Source of the DNA: Bugula neritina
Taxonomy: Eukaryota; Animalia; Bryozoa
NCBI GenBank assembly: GCA_964035545.1
Contig: OZ037766.1
Location: 8,794,722 to 8,858,721 of the forward strand
DNA: 64,000 bases
Reading direction: 5' to 3'
The translations under genes were made by a program, and so were the position numbers. The notes below the pieces were generated by a model. It saw nothing but the letters and a program-made list of their open reading frames with translations. It was not told the origin of the DNA and did not search any database. Below are positions 62,665 through 64,000 of the stretch, one piece after another; position 1 is the stretch's first letter; the number at the start of each line of letters is the position of its first letter.

Positions 62665-62957
62665 AACCATGACGCATTGTGTTCATAGTTCATTGTGCAT
62701 CAGCGCAAGAGCCTTCGCTTCTTATTGGCTGATGGCTCTATGACCTACAATGGACAACAAAAGCCGACTCACTACTATATAATACTAGGCTCCACGTGAG
62801 AGTTGTTAGAAACCTGCAGCCGAAGTCCATGCCGTAGCATCCATTGCGATATACAAGTTAATCAATAATTAGGAAGATATATTTAGAACTGAGTACTCGT
62901 TTCAACTTGACTATTCAGGAATACGCTGAAACATAACCTCAAGCAGCTGAAATAGAT
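62665..62957 (+). promoter_or_regulatory. TATA-containing promoter and non-coding first exon for the ORF at 63070
   Basis: CRE-like tgacgca 62670-62676, reverse CCAAT (attgg) 62724-62728, TATATAA 62776-62782, E-box cacgtg 62793-62798, donor gtaagt at 62958, acceptor ttttag at 63069 directly before the ATG. Confidence 0.6.
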
Positions 62958-63069
62958 GTAAGTATTTTTGTAAAAGGTTGTAAGCTAAATATATTCAAAT
63001 GGAATGTTTTCAGTTTTGTAGTTATAGTTTTTTAAGACTATCATTATCATAAGTCAAACTTGCTTTTAG

Positions 63070-63796
63070 ATGGGAAGAGCACGCAGACGTGCAAAGTCGG
63101 ATATACTGACTACCAACTCTTGTGAGGGCTGCCGTAAGGTTCAAAAAGAGACATGTCTGCCACCATCACAGAAATGCCATAGGAATTCATCAAGTGAAAT
63201 ATATCAAAAATCCCTCATAGACTATGAAAGTGAGACTGACAGTGCTATTGACACAGCTAGTATTATTAGTTCTTCGGACAGTAGAAGTATAACCTCATCA
63301 TCCGAGTCCACCAGTTCCTTAGAGCTCAGTCTATTAGATGACGGCTCTATTTATTCCTCTCAGTCTCATTCCAAAAGATCTGCCAAGAAATCTAAAACTG
63401 CTGTTGTTTCAATTGCGAAACTGGAAAAAGAAGAAGCCGAGCTGGACTTACAGGCTCTTGCCTTGTATGTAACAGGGGTTCCATTTCAAAAGTTCACCAG
63501 CAAAGACTCCTGCAGGCAGTGCATTGAGTCGTACACACATGCCTTGCATCAGCACCAACATAATCAGATGAGGGCTTTCGGTATAGAAGATTCCTTTTCC
63601 GTTGATCTTCGAAATTTAGCCATAGATATTCACGTTGAAGAGTTTGTAAACTGGTCGATTGGAGATGCTACCTTTCAAATGAAGGAACACGGTTATTATG
63701 TAACTCCAAACGGTGCAACTTACTACACAGATCTGCCTATGGAACCATCCTCTTTAACCAGACATTTAATGATTCCCCCTAGTGAAAGAGCTTTGT
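63070..63796 (+). CDS. Unassigned Ser-rich coding exon (first coding exon of a nested gene, or alternative first exon of the CCR4-like gene)
   Basis: A 285-codon open frame in AT-rich DNA, with the ATG right after a splice acceptor. Likely donor t|gtaaga at 63796/7, after which the sequence becomes T-rich and intron-like. No recognised domain. Confidence 0.6.
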
Positions 63797-64000
63797 GTAA
63801 GACAGCTATATACACTTACTCTCAATCTACTAAACCGCCATCTCCTTGGTTTTTGTCTTCTTGTGGTTTCAAGTGGTTCTTTGTCTTTTACAGTTGTTTA
63901 AGTTGCTCTTTTGAACAAAAGGCTTGAATAGCCTCAAATCTAATTGTTGAAATATCTTTGGGTAATGAAGTGGTATTTGATTGAGTTGATAGAACACAAT

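Overview
AT-rich, intron-containing genomic DNA from an invertebrate animal (GT-AG introns; lophotrochozoan-like gene set, taxon not determinable from sequence alone). I reconstructed spliced genes by hand. In order: ZYG11-like CRL2 substrate adaptor (-, runs off the left edge); PPOX (+); a divergent Shaw/Kv3-type K+ channel (+); an SRSF3/7-like SR protein with RRM, CCHC knuckle and an extra N-terminal RS domain (-); OGFOD1 (+); a C3orf84/CIMIP7-like HDNR ciliary protein (-); PTPDC1 (-); the LRR half of a divergent CCR4/CNOT6-like gene (+); and an unassigned Ser-rich ORF with its own TATA promoter at the right edge (+). Repeats include a 2.9-kb foldback element with ~0.9-kb arms, a related 425-bp MITE (both AG...CT ends flanked by AT), two copies of a small MITE, three copies of a tRNA-derived SINE, a 21-bp minisatellite and a (TA)n microsatellite. 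The most unusual signal is a degenerate 6-bp-periodic sequence type (T-N-A every six bases). It appears around all three head-to-head gene junctions, I did not see it elsewhere, and in one place it is visibly inserted into a SINE. Other leads are a Kv3 voltage sensor lacking the conserved S2 Phe, a possible LRR-less alternative first exon for the CCR4-like gene, a PTEN-like Lys in the PTPDC1 P-loop and a candidate poison exon in the SR gene. All exon coordinates are manual reads, and homology calls are from memory of the families, not from searches.
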